A stretch of DNA of 64,000 nt from a virus (taxonomy: Duplodnaviria > Caudoviricetes), in the IMG/VR virus record IMGVR_UViG_3300016371_000007, positions 1 through 64,000 of that record; one strand, 5' to 3'. Positions within the stretch are counted from its first letter, which is position 1; every line of letters begins with the position of its first letter. Shown in pieces: positions 1-9,481 of this stretch. The translations under genes were made by a program, and so were the position numbers. Below the pieces are notes generated by a model that saw only the letters and a program-made list of their open reading frames with translations, searched no databases and was not told the origin of the DNA.

Positions 1-1
1 A

Positions 2-2149
2 GTGGACGCTGTCCACTCCATGAAATTTCTGACTGCCGCCGAGCTGCCGGACGCCTACACTGACGCCACCAATAAGACCGACAAGTTCAGGACCAGGACC
101 ACCGAGCTGCTCCGCTCCTGGGTCGGCTGGATCGATCACGTTGAACAGGTGGCCTGCGAGAACGTGCTCTATGGCTATACCGCCACCGTGCAAATGGACG
201 AGTACGAGTGGAGACCCGTCACGTTCCGCCAGGAGGATGTGCTCTTCGACGAACAGACCCCCCAGCTGGCGACTAAGGTAGCGGTCTTTGTTGTGAAGGC
301 GAACTACTATATCCATGAGGCCGTAGACATCATCCAGGACGAGGACGCCGCCGCCGAGGCCGGGTATAACGTGGCCAACCTGATGAACGCTATCGAACAG
401 GCCGCGCCTCCGTATGATAGCTTTGTATACAATCCGCGTCAGCTTTCGGATATGGTTCGAGAGGGCAATTTATATTACTCCTTTCATAGAAGTTCTAAAA
501 TGATCGAGACGGCCCATGTCTTCTGCAAATGTTACGACGGAACCGTGGATCATTGGTGGGTCAATCGGAACGGAGCCAAGCGATCTAATCGGCCTACCAA
601 GGGCCGGGATGCACCGCCCAGGCCCGAGCCCGAGGGCGACGAGCCACGGCCACCCGAACAGGATCCATATGAACTGGGGTACTTTGAGGCCTGTGCTGAG
701 AGCATGGACGATGTGATCACCCTCTTCAGCTTTCAAGCTGGCAACAATAGATTGTTCGGCTCCAAGGGAATCGGGCGGCTGCTCTACAACATATGTCTCT
801 CAATAGAGAAGACCCGGATGGCGTTCATCGATGCCATGTGGATGTCGGGGATGTTGGTGGGCCAAGCCGAGGAGGCTATGATCGGACGGCTTCAGCCACA
901 TGTACGTTCACCGTTCCTTATGGTACCCGAAGGCTTTTCACTCCTGCACCAGCCACAGTTCAGGGTGGATTTCCAGGCATGGCTGGCCCTCGACCAGCGC
1001 CAGACCTCGACAGCCGAGCTGATCGCCGGGGCTTTCCTGCCGACCCCAGCGCCGATAAACAACAATGGTCAGCAGGTCCAGACTGCCACCAAGTCATCAA
1101 TCGATGCTGTCAAAGAGGAAGAAGTGAAGGAAGGGATGATGGCTCGCTGGTGGTGCCAGTTCACCAGGGGCATCTCCTCTATTCAGAGGCGTATCTATAG
1201 TAAGACTAACCTTCGGGCCGCCATGCGCCAGCGTAAGGCACGGCTGAAGGCCTCCGACCTGGGCCTAAGCATGATCAATTCGGATCTGTACGATGCCATG
1301 ATGGAGGTAGACTCCGATACCAAGGCCCAGTTTACGCCAGCGCCGGACCTGGGGCAGGCCGATGCCGATGCTGTCCAAGTTATTCTGGACCTGATGGACG
1401 ATGGGTTAAGCATTCAAGAGATCATTATCTTAGCGAATAAACCTGCGACCGAATTCTCGGAGCACACAGGTAGAGATGATGACATGATGTTCCTCCAGTT
1501 TTATCAGCTGGCTAAGGGGAACCAGAACTACGATCAGTCTAAGCTCGACGAGATGTGCGGGAACCGCATGGTCGGCTTCAAAACTACCAAAGAGATCTTC
1601 ATCCCGCAGCCGAGCCAGACCAGTGATATCGAGGCCCAACGCGCCCAACAAATGGAGTGGGCGACTATGTTAGGCAGTGGAATCGGAGTACAAGTCAGCG
1701 CACGCGACCCACACATGACCCACTTCCAAACTATCGTGCCTGCGGTGGCGGATCACATACGAATTGCTTCTCAAATGCCTCCCACCCAGGTACCAAAGGA
1801 TCTGTTAAACGCTTGTAAGCTGGGCGTTACCCACGGGGAAGCCCATCTCCAGGCGATGATGCAGCAGGGCGCGAACAAGCGCCAGCTCCGGCCTCAGATT
1901 TTACAGATGAAAGATTTGGAAAAAATGTACGGCAAGTTAAACGAGAACGTGACCATGGCCGAGATGCAGGCGGCCCAGATGCAGCAAGCAGGCCAACAAG
2001 GCTTGGGCCTGGGCGCATTGGCTGGGCCTGGAGGCGGCCAAGCCCCTGGGCAGGTCGGCCCAATGGGGATCCCAATGGGTGGCAATGGTAGTCTCCCCGG
2101 CCTGGGCGGCAATGGTCAGAACGGCTTCGCCTCGGGAGGTTCAATGTGA
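2..2149 (+). CDS. probable portal (head-tail connector) protein, possibly 5'-truncated by the window edge
   Basis: 715 aa; first gene of the head module, upstream of scaffold and capsid; helical body with the Q/G/P-rich C-terminal tail typical of podovirus portals. Assignment is by synteny and size. Confidence 0.55.
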   Translation: MDAVHSMKFLTAAELPDAYTDATNKTDKFRTRTTELLRSWVGWIDHVEQVACENVLYGYTATVQMDEYEWRPVTFRQEDVLFDEQTPQLATKVAVFVVKANYYIHEAVDIIQDEDAAAEAGYNVANLMNAIEQAAPPYDSFVYNPRQLSDMVREGNLYYSFHRSSKMIETAHVFCKCYDGTVDHWWVNRNGAKRSNRPTKGRDAPPRPEPEGDEPRPPEQDPYELGYFEACAESMDDVITLFSFQAGNNRLFGSKGIGRLLYNICLSIEKTRMAFIDAMWMSGMLVGQAEEAMIGRLQPHVRSPFLMVPEGFSLLHQPQFRVDFQAWLALDQRQTSTAELIAGAFLPTPAPINNNGQQVQTATKSSIDAVKEEEVKEGMMARWWCQFTRGISSIQRRIYSKTNLRAAMRQRKARLKASDLGLSMINSDLYDAMMEVDSDTKAQFTPAPDLGQADADAVQVILDLMDDGLSIQEIIILANKPATEFSEHTGRDDDMMFLQFYQLAKGNQNYDQSKLDEMCGNRMVGFKTTKEIFIPQPSQTSDIEAQRAQQMEWATMLGSGIGVQVSARDPHMTHFQTIVPAVADHIRIASQMPPTQVPKDLLNACKLGVTHGEAHLQAMMQQGANKRQLRPQILQMKDLEKMYGKLNENVTMAEMQAAQMQQAGQQGLGLGALAGPGGGQAPGQVGPMGIPMGGNGSLPGLGGNGQNGFASGGSM

Positions 2150-2412
2150 ATGGCGAGTGGACCCCGAGCGATGCCGCAGGCCTTAACGAGTTCCTCAATA
2201 CACAACTGGGCCGCAAATGGCTGGGAGTAATGCTGGCGCATAAGCCTCGGCTCGACCTGTCTAGCACTGAGAAAGCCGCGTTGACCGGAGCCTTTGTCGC
2301 CGGGTACGAGCACCTGCTGTTTGCTGAGATGTCCATGAATCGCAACGCTGGCGTAGTGCCTGGAGGTAAAGAAGCAGCGTCCAAGAAAGGGATCGACCCC
2401 GAGAAAGATTAA
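2146..2412 (+). CDS. small head-module protein of unknown function
   Basis: 88 aa; start overlaps the portal stop (GTGA); position between portal and scaffold. Confidence 0.55.
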   Translation: MNGEWTPSDAAGLNEFLNTQLGRKWLGVMLAHKPRLDLSSTEKAALTGAFVAGYEHLLFAEMSMNRNAGVVPGGKEAASKKGIDPEKD

Positions 2413-2415
2413 CCT

Positions 2416-3744
2416 ATGGCTGACGACGCACCCGTACCAATCAGTACCAGTGTGCCAGAGACCGTGACGATTGACACGGGCGCTGACGCTAAGACCCTGG
2501 GCGATCTTAATAAGGAGTTCGCGGATTTCTGGAGCGAGCAGGATTCTGGAGCGCCAGACACCACGGCCCCGGCAGCGCCGGACACTGGTGCTGGCCAGGA
2601 GACCAAGGAGACCAAGGTTGAACCGCCGCCCAAACCAAAGCCCGAGCCGCCTAAGGAGAAAGCGCCCAGCCCGCCGCCTAAAGCTGACAAACAATTCAGT
2701 GACGACGAGGTCGATAAGATGGCGCTGCCCACCAGGGCGGGGCAGCCGCCGGAGATGCAGGCTGACTTCAAGCAGCTCAAGGACTTTTGGAAGGCAGACC
2801 GGGCACGGCTCAAACAGATCGAGCAGCAGAACACTCAGCTCCAGGCCGAGTTGCAGCAGGCTAAAGCCAACTCTTTCACCCCGGAACAGAAAGCAGACTA
2901 TGAGAACGCCACCGCCGTGCGGCGGAAGTTTGAGTTCGTCAGCGACCCGGAGTTCTTGCAGCGCTATCAAGCGCCAGTCCAGGAACGGTTCCAGGCTGTC
3001 CTTCAGGAGGCCGTAGGCGTACTGCCCGAGCGCCAATCAGCCCAGGCCTGGGCCGAGCATATCATCCAGAACTATAGCCCCGACCAGCTCTCTAAACAGT
3101 GGTGGCTCCAGAGCGTAATCTCCAAGGTACCGGATGAACTGAACCGGCAGGCTCTCCTGAATAGCGTCACTGATCTCTTGAAGGCCCAGCGTGACCGTGA
3201 CATGGAGGTCACCCGGCGCACCAATGACAAGAGCGCCTACGAGAACTGGATGGTAGAAAAGACCAACGTCCAGGCCGAGCGCATCAAGGCTGATATCATG
3301 GCCGAGATCGGGGAACAGGAGAAACAGATCCAGGAAGTGCTGCCACGGGATGCCGAAGCTGCCAAGACGCCGGAAGAGCGGGCCGCCATCGATGCCCACA
3401 ACGAACGCTTCCAGCGGCTCAATGGCCACTTCGTAGAGACCATGCAGGATATATCCAAGAACGGCCCCAAGGCCTGGGTCCGGGCTGCCGTCCAGGCGAC
3501 CAGAGCCATGTGGATCGAGGAGCAGTACAAGACCGTACACGAGGAACTGGAGGCAGTTAAGGACGAGCGGGACCAGCTCCGGCGTGAGCTGGACAAGATC
3601 GCCGGAGTCCGGCGCAAGATCTCCAATACCACCGGCACCCCGCCGACCAGTGGAACAAAAAAGGATGGCCAAGGTTTGTCGATCAAGAACCTGGATGTGC
3701 GCAAAAGCTTTCAGAACTTCTGGGAGGAACAAGATAGACAATGA
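2416..3744 (+). CDS. probable capsid scaffolding protein
   Basis: 442 aa; acidic/Pro-rich disordered N-terminus, long Q/E/K/A coiled coils, short C-terminal helix (DVRKSFQNFWEEQ); position in the head module. Confidence 0.55.
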   Translation: MADDAPVPISTSVPETVTIDTGADAKTLGDLNKEFADFWSEQDSGAPDTTAPAAPDTGAGQETKETKVEPPPKPKPEPPKEKAPSPPPKADKQFSDDEVDKMALPTRAGQPPEMQADFKQLKDFWKADRARLKQIEQQNTQLQAELQQAKANSFTPEQKADYENATAVRRKFEFVSDPEFLQRYQAPVQERFQAVLQEAVGVLPERQSAQAWAEHIIQNYSPDQLSKQWWLQSVISKVPDELNRQALLNSVTDLLKAQRDRDMEVTRRTNDKSAYENWMVEKTNVQAERIKADIMAEIGEQEKQIQEVLPRDAEAAKTPEERAAIDAHNERFQRLNGHFVETMQDISKNGPKAWVRAAVQATRAMWIEEQYKTVHEELEAVKDERDQLRRELDKIAGVRRKISNTTGTPPTSGTKKDGQGLSIKNLDVRKSFQNFWEEQDRQ

Positions 3745-5126
3745 GTATTACCGTAGACGCCCGCAGCCTCGAGGCCCGGTACGGCAAGCAAGTCAGCGTG
3801 GAACCGGCCACGCCCGAGCAAGACCTTTACTATCCTGGCAGTGGGCAGGCCCCGCCTAAGACCGGCCAGGGTCAGATCCCGCAAGGCAGGCCGGTGCCGG
3901 AAGGAACCGTTGTCTCCCAGATAGTAGGCCGGGGCCAGCCCGCGCCTCAGATCCAGGTAGTGCCGCCACAGAAGGAAGGAGGGCCACCAGCTCCGCAGCT
4001 CCAGGTGGTGCCACCGACCGGCGCTAGCCGCACCACCATCGGCACCTTCGTAGAGAGTAAGACCAACCCGCTCAAGGATCAGAAACCAATAGACGAAAAT
4101 CCGGCGCCGCCCCCAGGGGAATGCTTGCAGGAGCCGCCGCCGAAGCCCAAGAAGAAACTGGATCTGGTCATCGAGGTACTCAACTACATCACTGAGCTGG
4201 GCGGCGAGAAGTCAGAGGATGCTCAAAAATTCTTCGACAGAACTGAACAGACGTTGCATCAGTGGTTTATCCAACCCAACAGGATCCCGTTAGAAGCCCT
4301 CACCAAGCTTCTAAACCGAAAGCCGGGGGTCCAAGTCGAGCTGGCCGAGCAACTGGAACCACATCTTAAACACAACGACGGCGGTTTACAGAGCCTCCCC
4401 AATAGGGGCAAGACCAATGCGATTGTCTGCGCACCGATCCTGGGCCAGCCGACACTCCCCTTCCTCTGGGTCTGCCTTTATCTAGCCAAGAAATATGAAC
4501 TGGGATTCGACATCCAATCCGATACCGTCATACATCGTTCTCGCAACATGCTCGCCCAGCGATTCCTACGGAGCAATGCCACTTGGAGTCTCTGGCTGGA
4601 TAGTGATATCGCTGCCCCAGTGGCCAATCCCGAATGGTTTTCTTGGTTAACCGGCGCTCAGAACTTGCCACAAGAGGCCGGTTCGTACGATGTTCTACAG
4701 CGACTACTTGCCGGAGGCAAAGCGGTCATTGGGGGAGTATACGCTTCGCGGCGGTATCTCGGTCAACTGGTTATCCAGCCCGAGATCCGCCCGCGAAGCC
4801 ATGAAGACAAGCTCTTATGCAATGATATCAGAAAAGGCACTGCCAGGGGACTTGTGGATGTTGATTGGCTGGGCTTCGGCTGTGCTCTTGTTCACCGGGA
4901 TGTGTTCCTGGAGGTCCAGCGACGGTTCCCACAGCTGGCACCACAGGCCGAGAACGCGCCCTGGCGTTTCTTCCAACCCGAAGCCGACGAAGGGGAAGAC
5001 GAAGCCTTTTGTAAGCGAGTGAAAGCTTGCTCGATCCCGATCTGGTTAGACACTCAATTGGTCTGTGGCCATATCGGAAACATGTGCTACCTCCCTGAAC
5101 ACACCCGAGCGATCCATGGCATATGA
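3741..5126 (+). CDS. GT-A (GT2-like) glycosyltransferase with Pro-rich and HTH-like N-terminal extension
   Basis: Motifs HRSRNMLAQRFL, WLDSDI (DxD), IGGVY, WLGFGCALVHRDVF, GEDEAFC and LVCGHIG match the common phage GT2-like glycosyltransferases. Confidence 0.75.
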   Translation: MSITVDARSLEARYGKQVSVEPATPEQDLYYPGSGQAPPKTGQGQIPQGRPVPEGTVVSQIVGRGQPAPQIQVVPPQKEGGPPAPQLQVVPPTGASRTTIGTFVESKTNPLKDQKPIDENPAPPPGECLQEPPPKPKKKLDLVIEVLNYITELGGEKSEDAQKFFDRTEQTLHQWFIQPNRIPLEALTKLLNRKPGVQVELAEQLEPHLKHNDGGLQSLPNRGKTNAIVCAPILGQPTLPFLWVCLYLAKKYELGFDIQSDTVIHRSRNMLAQRFLRSNATWSLWLDSDIAAPVANPEWFSWLTGAQNLPQEAGSYDVLQRLLAGGKAVIGGVYASRRYLGQLVIQPEIRPRSHEDKLLCNDIRKGTARGLVDVDWLGFGCALVHRDVFLEVQRRFPQLAPQAENAPWRFFQPEADEGEDEAFCKRVKACSIPIWLDTQLVCGHIGNMCYLPEHTRAIHGI

Positions 5127-5196
5127 CAGACCTTGGGATCTTTATTCTATTGCTGGTTTGGATGTTCCTGGACCGATGTAACATTTATTTCAAGCG

Positions 5197-6663
5197 ATGA
5201 GGACGGACGTTGTCGTTAAGACTTGGTGGGGTGACCTCTGCTGGCTCAGTTACGCGCTCAAGTTCCTATACAAAAACTGGAAAGAACCTAACTCCAACTT
5301 CATCGTCTTGGCCGACGAGAACTGCAAGTCGGTGCTCAAGACCTGGGGCTTCCCGTCGAGTGTACGTTACTTCTACTTCAAGCCCTGGCCGGACGGGAAC
5401 GGCTTCCAACAATACCTGACGCTCTTGTGCGATAACGTTTCTGACGCTGATCTCTTCGCCATCTGGGACAGTGACATCATGCTCACCGAACCCATGCAGG
5501 CTAGCGATCATATGATCGATGGGAAACCGATTATCTGGTTTGATCCTAATTATACTGCTGGAAAGCAGAAGTGGGGGCCAATCATGCGCCATTGGCTGGG
5601 AGCTACGCCGGAGGCTGACTACATGCAGCGGTTCCCTTTCCTTTATCGGGCGAGCACGTTAGCAAATGTGCGTAGGATGATCACGCATTGGACCGGACAG
5701 GGCTTAGAGGAAAGTCTCTACAGCGATACGCCTTATTCACCAGCCACCTTTGGCACTCATCCCTTCAAGTTCTGTGAACATAATGTGATCGGTTTCTACG
5801 CTTGGTTATTTGAGTCCGATCAATACGCCTTTTGCAATGTCCATGAACATACTTGGCACCAACGGTATCGCCATTACCATAGTTGGTCCCAGTGGAGCGC
5901 GGAGCGGATGAAGGAGCTGGACAATTTGTATCTTACGGGCATGGATAACCCGACCCTGGAAGATCAAATTATGCAGACCGCTCAAGGCTGGTGGGTCCTG
6001 AGGCGCGACACCCACATCAGCAGATGGGTCGAACAAACTCAGCGCCTGGATCATGATCAGACCGTCCTCCAGCAGCTTTGGCAGTACATCCGTCCAGGGT
6101 CGACAGTGATTGACGCAGGAGCCGCCATTGGCGACCACACTATCTTTTACTTAGGTGCTGTGGGGCCAACAGGTACTGTCTATGCTTTCGAGCCTCACCC
6201 GATCCAATACGCATGCCTAACCCGGAACTGTCCCAAGGCTCGTTGTTACCCACAGGCCCTGGGCGACACGTCCGGCACGGTACATCTTTTCCATGAGCCG
6301 GATATAGTAGCCGGGTCGCGGCTGATAGATCCCCAGCTGCAATGGCCGATGAGCAGCTGTGAACGGGTGACTCTGGACAGTGTGGTAGAAGACAAAGGCA
6401 ATGTGTCGCTACTGAAGATTGACGTGGAAGGCTGTGAGCCGGAGGTCTTGCGCGGGGCACGAGAGATCATTAAAGAGAGCCAGCCCGTGATCTGGTTTGA
6501 GCAGAACCCAGAAGCCTTGCAGCGCCAAGGTCATTCAATTGATGAGGTCCGGGATCTGATCGCTGAACTAGGCTATCACGTAGTCCGGTTCTACCCAGAC
6601 GGCTCAAGCTGGAACGGGAGTCCCGATCAAAAATCCCAGTGCGACATCCTTTGTTCGCCATGA
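5197..6663 (+). CDS. glycosyltransferase-like (DUF6492-like) domain fused to an FkbM-family SAM methyltransferase
   Basis: N-half has WDSDIML (DxD); C-half has VIDAGAAIGDHT, VYAFEP, LLKIDVEGCEPEVLRGA and PVIWFE, which are FkbM signatures. Confidence 0.8.
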   Translation: MRTDVVVKTWWGDLCWLSYALKFLYKNWKEPNSNFIVLADENCKSVLKTWGFPSSVRYFYFKPWPDGNGFQQYLTLLCDNVSDADLFAIWDSDIMLTEPMQASDHMIDGKPIIWFDPNYTAGKQKWGPIMRHWLGATPEADYMQRFPFLYRASTLANVRRMITHWTGQGLEESLYSDTPYSPATFGTHPFKFCEHNVIGFYAWLFESDQYAFCNVHEHTWHQRYRHYHSWSQWSAERMKELDNLYLTGMDNPTLEDQIMQTAQGWWVLRRDTHISRWVEQTQRLDHDQTVLQQLWQYIRPGSTVIDAGAAIGDHTIFYLGAVGPTGTVYAFEPHPIQYACLTRNCPKARCYPQALGDTSGTVHLFHEPDIVAGSRLIDPQLQWPMSSCERVTLDSVVEDKGNVSLLKIDVEGCEPEVLRGAREIIKESQPVIWFEQNPEALQRQGHSIDEVRDLIAELGYHVVRFYPDGSSWNGSPDQKSQCDILCSP

Positions 6664-7376
6664 TCTCGCTCATGCTCCAGTGTTCGCCGATGGACCTGGG
6701 GCCAGCCTTCGAGCTGACCCAGCTAATCTGCGACATTGAGCATAAGAAGAAAGAGGGCTGCGAATTCTATCTGGTCTACCGCAAGGACTGTCCGGCCTGG
6801 GTAGTCAAGGAGTTCGAGAAGCTGGCACGCCCTAAGTTCCAGCGGGCCGCCGCCCGGATGGCTCGCAACCATGACACTGGCTGGCCCGGTGGCTGCAACA
6901 TGCTGGCTGCCAGTGCCTTTATCGAGATGAGTCTCTTGCGCCGGGAAGGTGCTTGTAATAGCGGCTTTCTCTTGTTCGAACCGGACTGTGTTCCCATGGC
7001 CAAGGACTGGATCGACCGGCTCAGTGCCGAATGGGACCGAGCCCAGGGCCTGGGCAAGGAGATCGTAGGCCATTGGCATCAAGCTGACCCCGGCCCGGAG
7101 CTGCACATCAACGGCAATGCTATCTGGCGCACCAGCTTCTTCGACGAGCACCCTACCTGGATCGTGGGGGCTGGAACCCAGGGCTGGGACTACTTCTTCC
7201 GGGACAAGTTTATCCCCATCTCCATGGACACTAACCTCATGCACCAGCATTGGGGCCGGTACGGTATGAGCGAGGACGAGTTCAAATCAATCGAGAAGAA
7301 CGGCGAACACCCCGTCTTTTTCCACGGCTTAAAGACGCCGGATGGCCGCCAGCATGCCAGAAAACTGCTTGTGTAA
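6660..7376 (+). CDS. putative glycosyltransferase-like protein
   Basis: ATGA overlap with the previous stop; LLFEPDCVP (DxD-like) and HINGNAIW motifs; clustered with two other GT genes. Confidence 0.5.
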   Translation: MISLMLQCSPMDLGPAFELTQLICDIEHKKKEGCEFYLVYRKDCPAWVVKEFEKLARPKFQRAAARMARNHDTGWPGGCNMLAASAFIEMSLLRREGACNSGFLLFEPDCVPMAKDWIDRLSAEWDRAQGLGKEIVGHWHQADPGPELHINGNAIWRTSFFDEHPTWIVGAGTQGWDYFFRDKFIPISMDTNLMHQHWGRYGMSEDEFKSIEKNGEHPVFFHGLKTPDGRQHARKLLV

Positions 7377-7442
7377 CTCCTTGAAAATCAACGAAAATCC
7401 TACCATTACGGAGGATCCGCAACGTTTTCCTCCTGATCAGGA

Positions 7443-7587
7443 GTGCTGACAATCTAGCTTGCTTTCGGCCAGGATGAGGCCTAGAAGTCAAGCGCTGCGG
7501 TTCCGGCTCCCCCCGTCCCATTGCGGGAGCTAAGGCCTGTCACCGAGGCTGTTCAAATCGGGTGCCTGTCAGTCAATGTTAGCACCC
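7443..7587 (+). ncRNA. candidate structured 5' leader of the capsid mRNA
   Basis: Nested stems found by eye: 7443-7451/7577-7585, 7457-7461/7489-7493, 7506-7511/7525-7530 and 7534-7538/7546-7550. Confidence 0.35.
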
Positions 7588-7598
7588 ATTTCGTCTCC

Positions 7599-8840
7599 AT
7601 GGCAGACTGTATCGTAACCCCTATCCAGGCAGTAGACTTTGCCAACAGGGATAATAATAGACTGGTCGGTCAAATTACGACCTTGATCATGCGTCGAGCC
7701 CCGTTTAATGACGTACTCGACGGCGGCGTATTCGAAAACGCCATATCGGATCAGCAACGCAATGTCGTTGTTGAGCGCCCCATCCTCGGACAGAGCCTCG
7801 TCCTTCCCGAATACATAAATGATACCGACAGTTGCGGAACCTTCGGGCAAATTTCGCAAGTTGGTACCACGGAATACATCACCCGGCTTGGAACCCTGAG
7901 AGGTCGCGGCCCAAAAGTTTGCGTAAAGCAAATGCGGTCGGCCTTCCAAAACTCCTATGTAGCAGTACAAGACTCGCTCCAGAAACAGTTGCTCTATCTA
8001 GCCAACTGTGACGTGAGATCGCAGCTCTTCCTACATAGCGGCGTGAAGGTGAAAATCAACCAGGGCAGGACCTTCGAACAGATGATCAACGGCGATGTCC
8101 AGATGATTGACGTGCCAATGAATGACAGCACGCCGCCGGACGCCAATCTGACGTTCTCTTTCCTCCAGTACCTGCTCGTGTTCGCGCATGAGACGTTACT
8201 CTGCGAGAGCTTCGAGTCGGAGAAGGGCGCTATCGCCAAGTTCATCGGCTCTCAGAACCAGCTCAACGTTTTCCGCGACGAGTTGAACGTCCACCAGGAT
8301 CTGCAATACCTGACGACAGGCCGGTATGAAATTGGTAACGAAACTTTAACTGGTTATACATGGGAAGGCCCGTACCGAGGAATTTCTTTCGGAATTGACC
8401 AGCAACCGCTTCGTTTTAACCAGTTTACCGTGTTGAATGGTCAACTGATTCCCCAATTTATCGAGCCAGAAATTGCGGTGCCGGTAACGACTGGCTTCGG
8501 CGCACGCACGAATCCCGCTTGGTTGTACGCACAATATGAGGTGGGCTTCCTGGTCTTCGCCAACAGCTTCCGGCGGCTCGTCCCCGAGCAGTACCTCGGT
8601 GTCGGTGATTGGAAATTCCCGGCACAGTTCGCACAAGGGGAACTCGAGTTCACCGTCATCAGAGACAACGATTGTAATACTTATGGTGATTATGGTTATC
8701 ATATATACCAAATGATCCGTGCCTATCGCCCCGAGCGGCCTCACGCGATCATTCCAATCGCCTATAAGCGTTGCAACCCGACGTTTAATTTCTTGACCTG
8801 CCCAAGCTATCCTGGGTCTGCGTCTGGATATTCCATGTAG
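7599..8840 (+). CDS. major capsid protein
   Basis: 413 aa from ATG 7599 (MADCIVTP...), preferred over the track's TTG 7521; follows scaffold and a long leader; size and position fit an HK97-fold MCP. Confidence 0.7.
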   Translation: MADCIVTPIQAVDFANRDNNRLVGQITTLIMRRAPFNDVLDGGVFENAISDQQRNVVVERPILGQSLVLPEYINDTDSCGTFGQISQVGTTEYITRLGTLRGRGPKVCVKQMRSAFQNSYVAVQDSLQKQLLYLANCDVRSQLFLHSGVKVKINQGRTFEQMINGDVQMIDVPMNDSTPPDANLTFSFLQYLLVFAHETLLCESFESEKGAIAKFIGSQNQLNVFRDELNVHQDLQYLTTGRYEIGNETLTGYTWEGPYRGISFGIDQQPLRFNQFTVLNGQLIPQFIEPEIAVPVTTGFGARTNPAWLYAQYEVGFLVFANSFRRLVPEQYLGVGDWKFPAQFAQGELEFTVIRDNDCNTYGDYGYHIYQMIRAYRPERPHAIIPIAYKRCNPTFNFLTCPSYPGSASGYSM

Positions 8841-8936
8841 GTCTTCGCACCGGAGGGGGCCGATTCGTTCAAAGTTGTCTGGCTAAACAAAAGGAGAACG
8901 CTCAAAAGACGCTTAAGGATCGGCCCCTTCACCTTT

Positions 8937-9263
8937 ATGAGTCACACCAAACCAATCAAACTGGGCCATGAACTGCATGCCGAGATCATTGGCCCCGCCA
9001 GCATTCCGGACGTTCTCTATCCAGAGCTGCACATCGGAGACAGCGAAGATGAGCGGCTCCTGGATCTGCCGGATGAGGGCACCGCTGAGATCAAGTTCAG
9101 GGTCAAACGCCGGACCCATCGAGAGGAGGCCCAGGGAGACTCGAAAAAGAAAAGGCGTTGCTGCTCCATTACGCTCGAGGTCATCTCCTTGGAACCGGGG
9201 CATGACCCGAAGTTCAACGGCAAGAAGAAGACTCACTGGGAAATGTTCAACGGAGGGCGCTGA
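8937..9263 (+). CDS. small virion-associated protein, unknown
   Basis: 108-aa ORF directly after the MCP, coupled to the next gene (TGATG). Confidence 0.55.
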   Translation: MSHTKPIKLGHELHAEIIGPASIPDVLYPELHIGDSEDERLLDLPDEGTAEIKFRVKRRTHREEAQGDSKKKRRCCSITLEVISLEPGHDPKFNGKKKTHWEMFNGGR

Positions 9264-9481
9264 TGCCAGCTATCCTTCAATATATCCAGCAGCTCCTGGC
9301 GGCCTCACCCTTTGTTCCTTTCTTTATCCAGCTGACCAGCGGTGAGAACATCGCCGTTGTCACTAAGACTGGCGTCACTTTCCCTGTCACTAACCAGGGC
9401 GTCTTCGTGATCTTGAGTCAGGGCGCTTTTCGGGCCTACACCGACCAAGCCATTCAGTTCGTCGAGCTTACAACCCAATGA
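9263..9481 (+). CDS. small hypothetical protein
   Basis: 72 aa; overlaps both neighbours by 1-4 nt. Confidence 0.55.
   Translation: MPAILQYIQQLLAASPFVPFFIQLTSGENIAVVTKTGVTFPVTNQGVFVILSQGAFRAYTDQAIQFVELTTQ

Noticed and set aside
2116-3741. Long minus-strand ORFs (2116-3036, 3037-3741) and many similar antisense ORFs across the window
   Set aside because: Shadows of GC-rich, codon-biased plus-strand genes; no recognisable motifs and no coupling to neighbours.
7521-7598. TTG start extending the capsid ORF by 26 codons
   Set aside because: The extension lies within the structured leader; ATG 7599 gives a more typical N-terminus.
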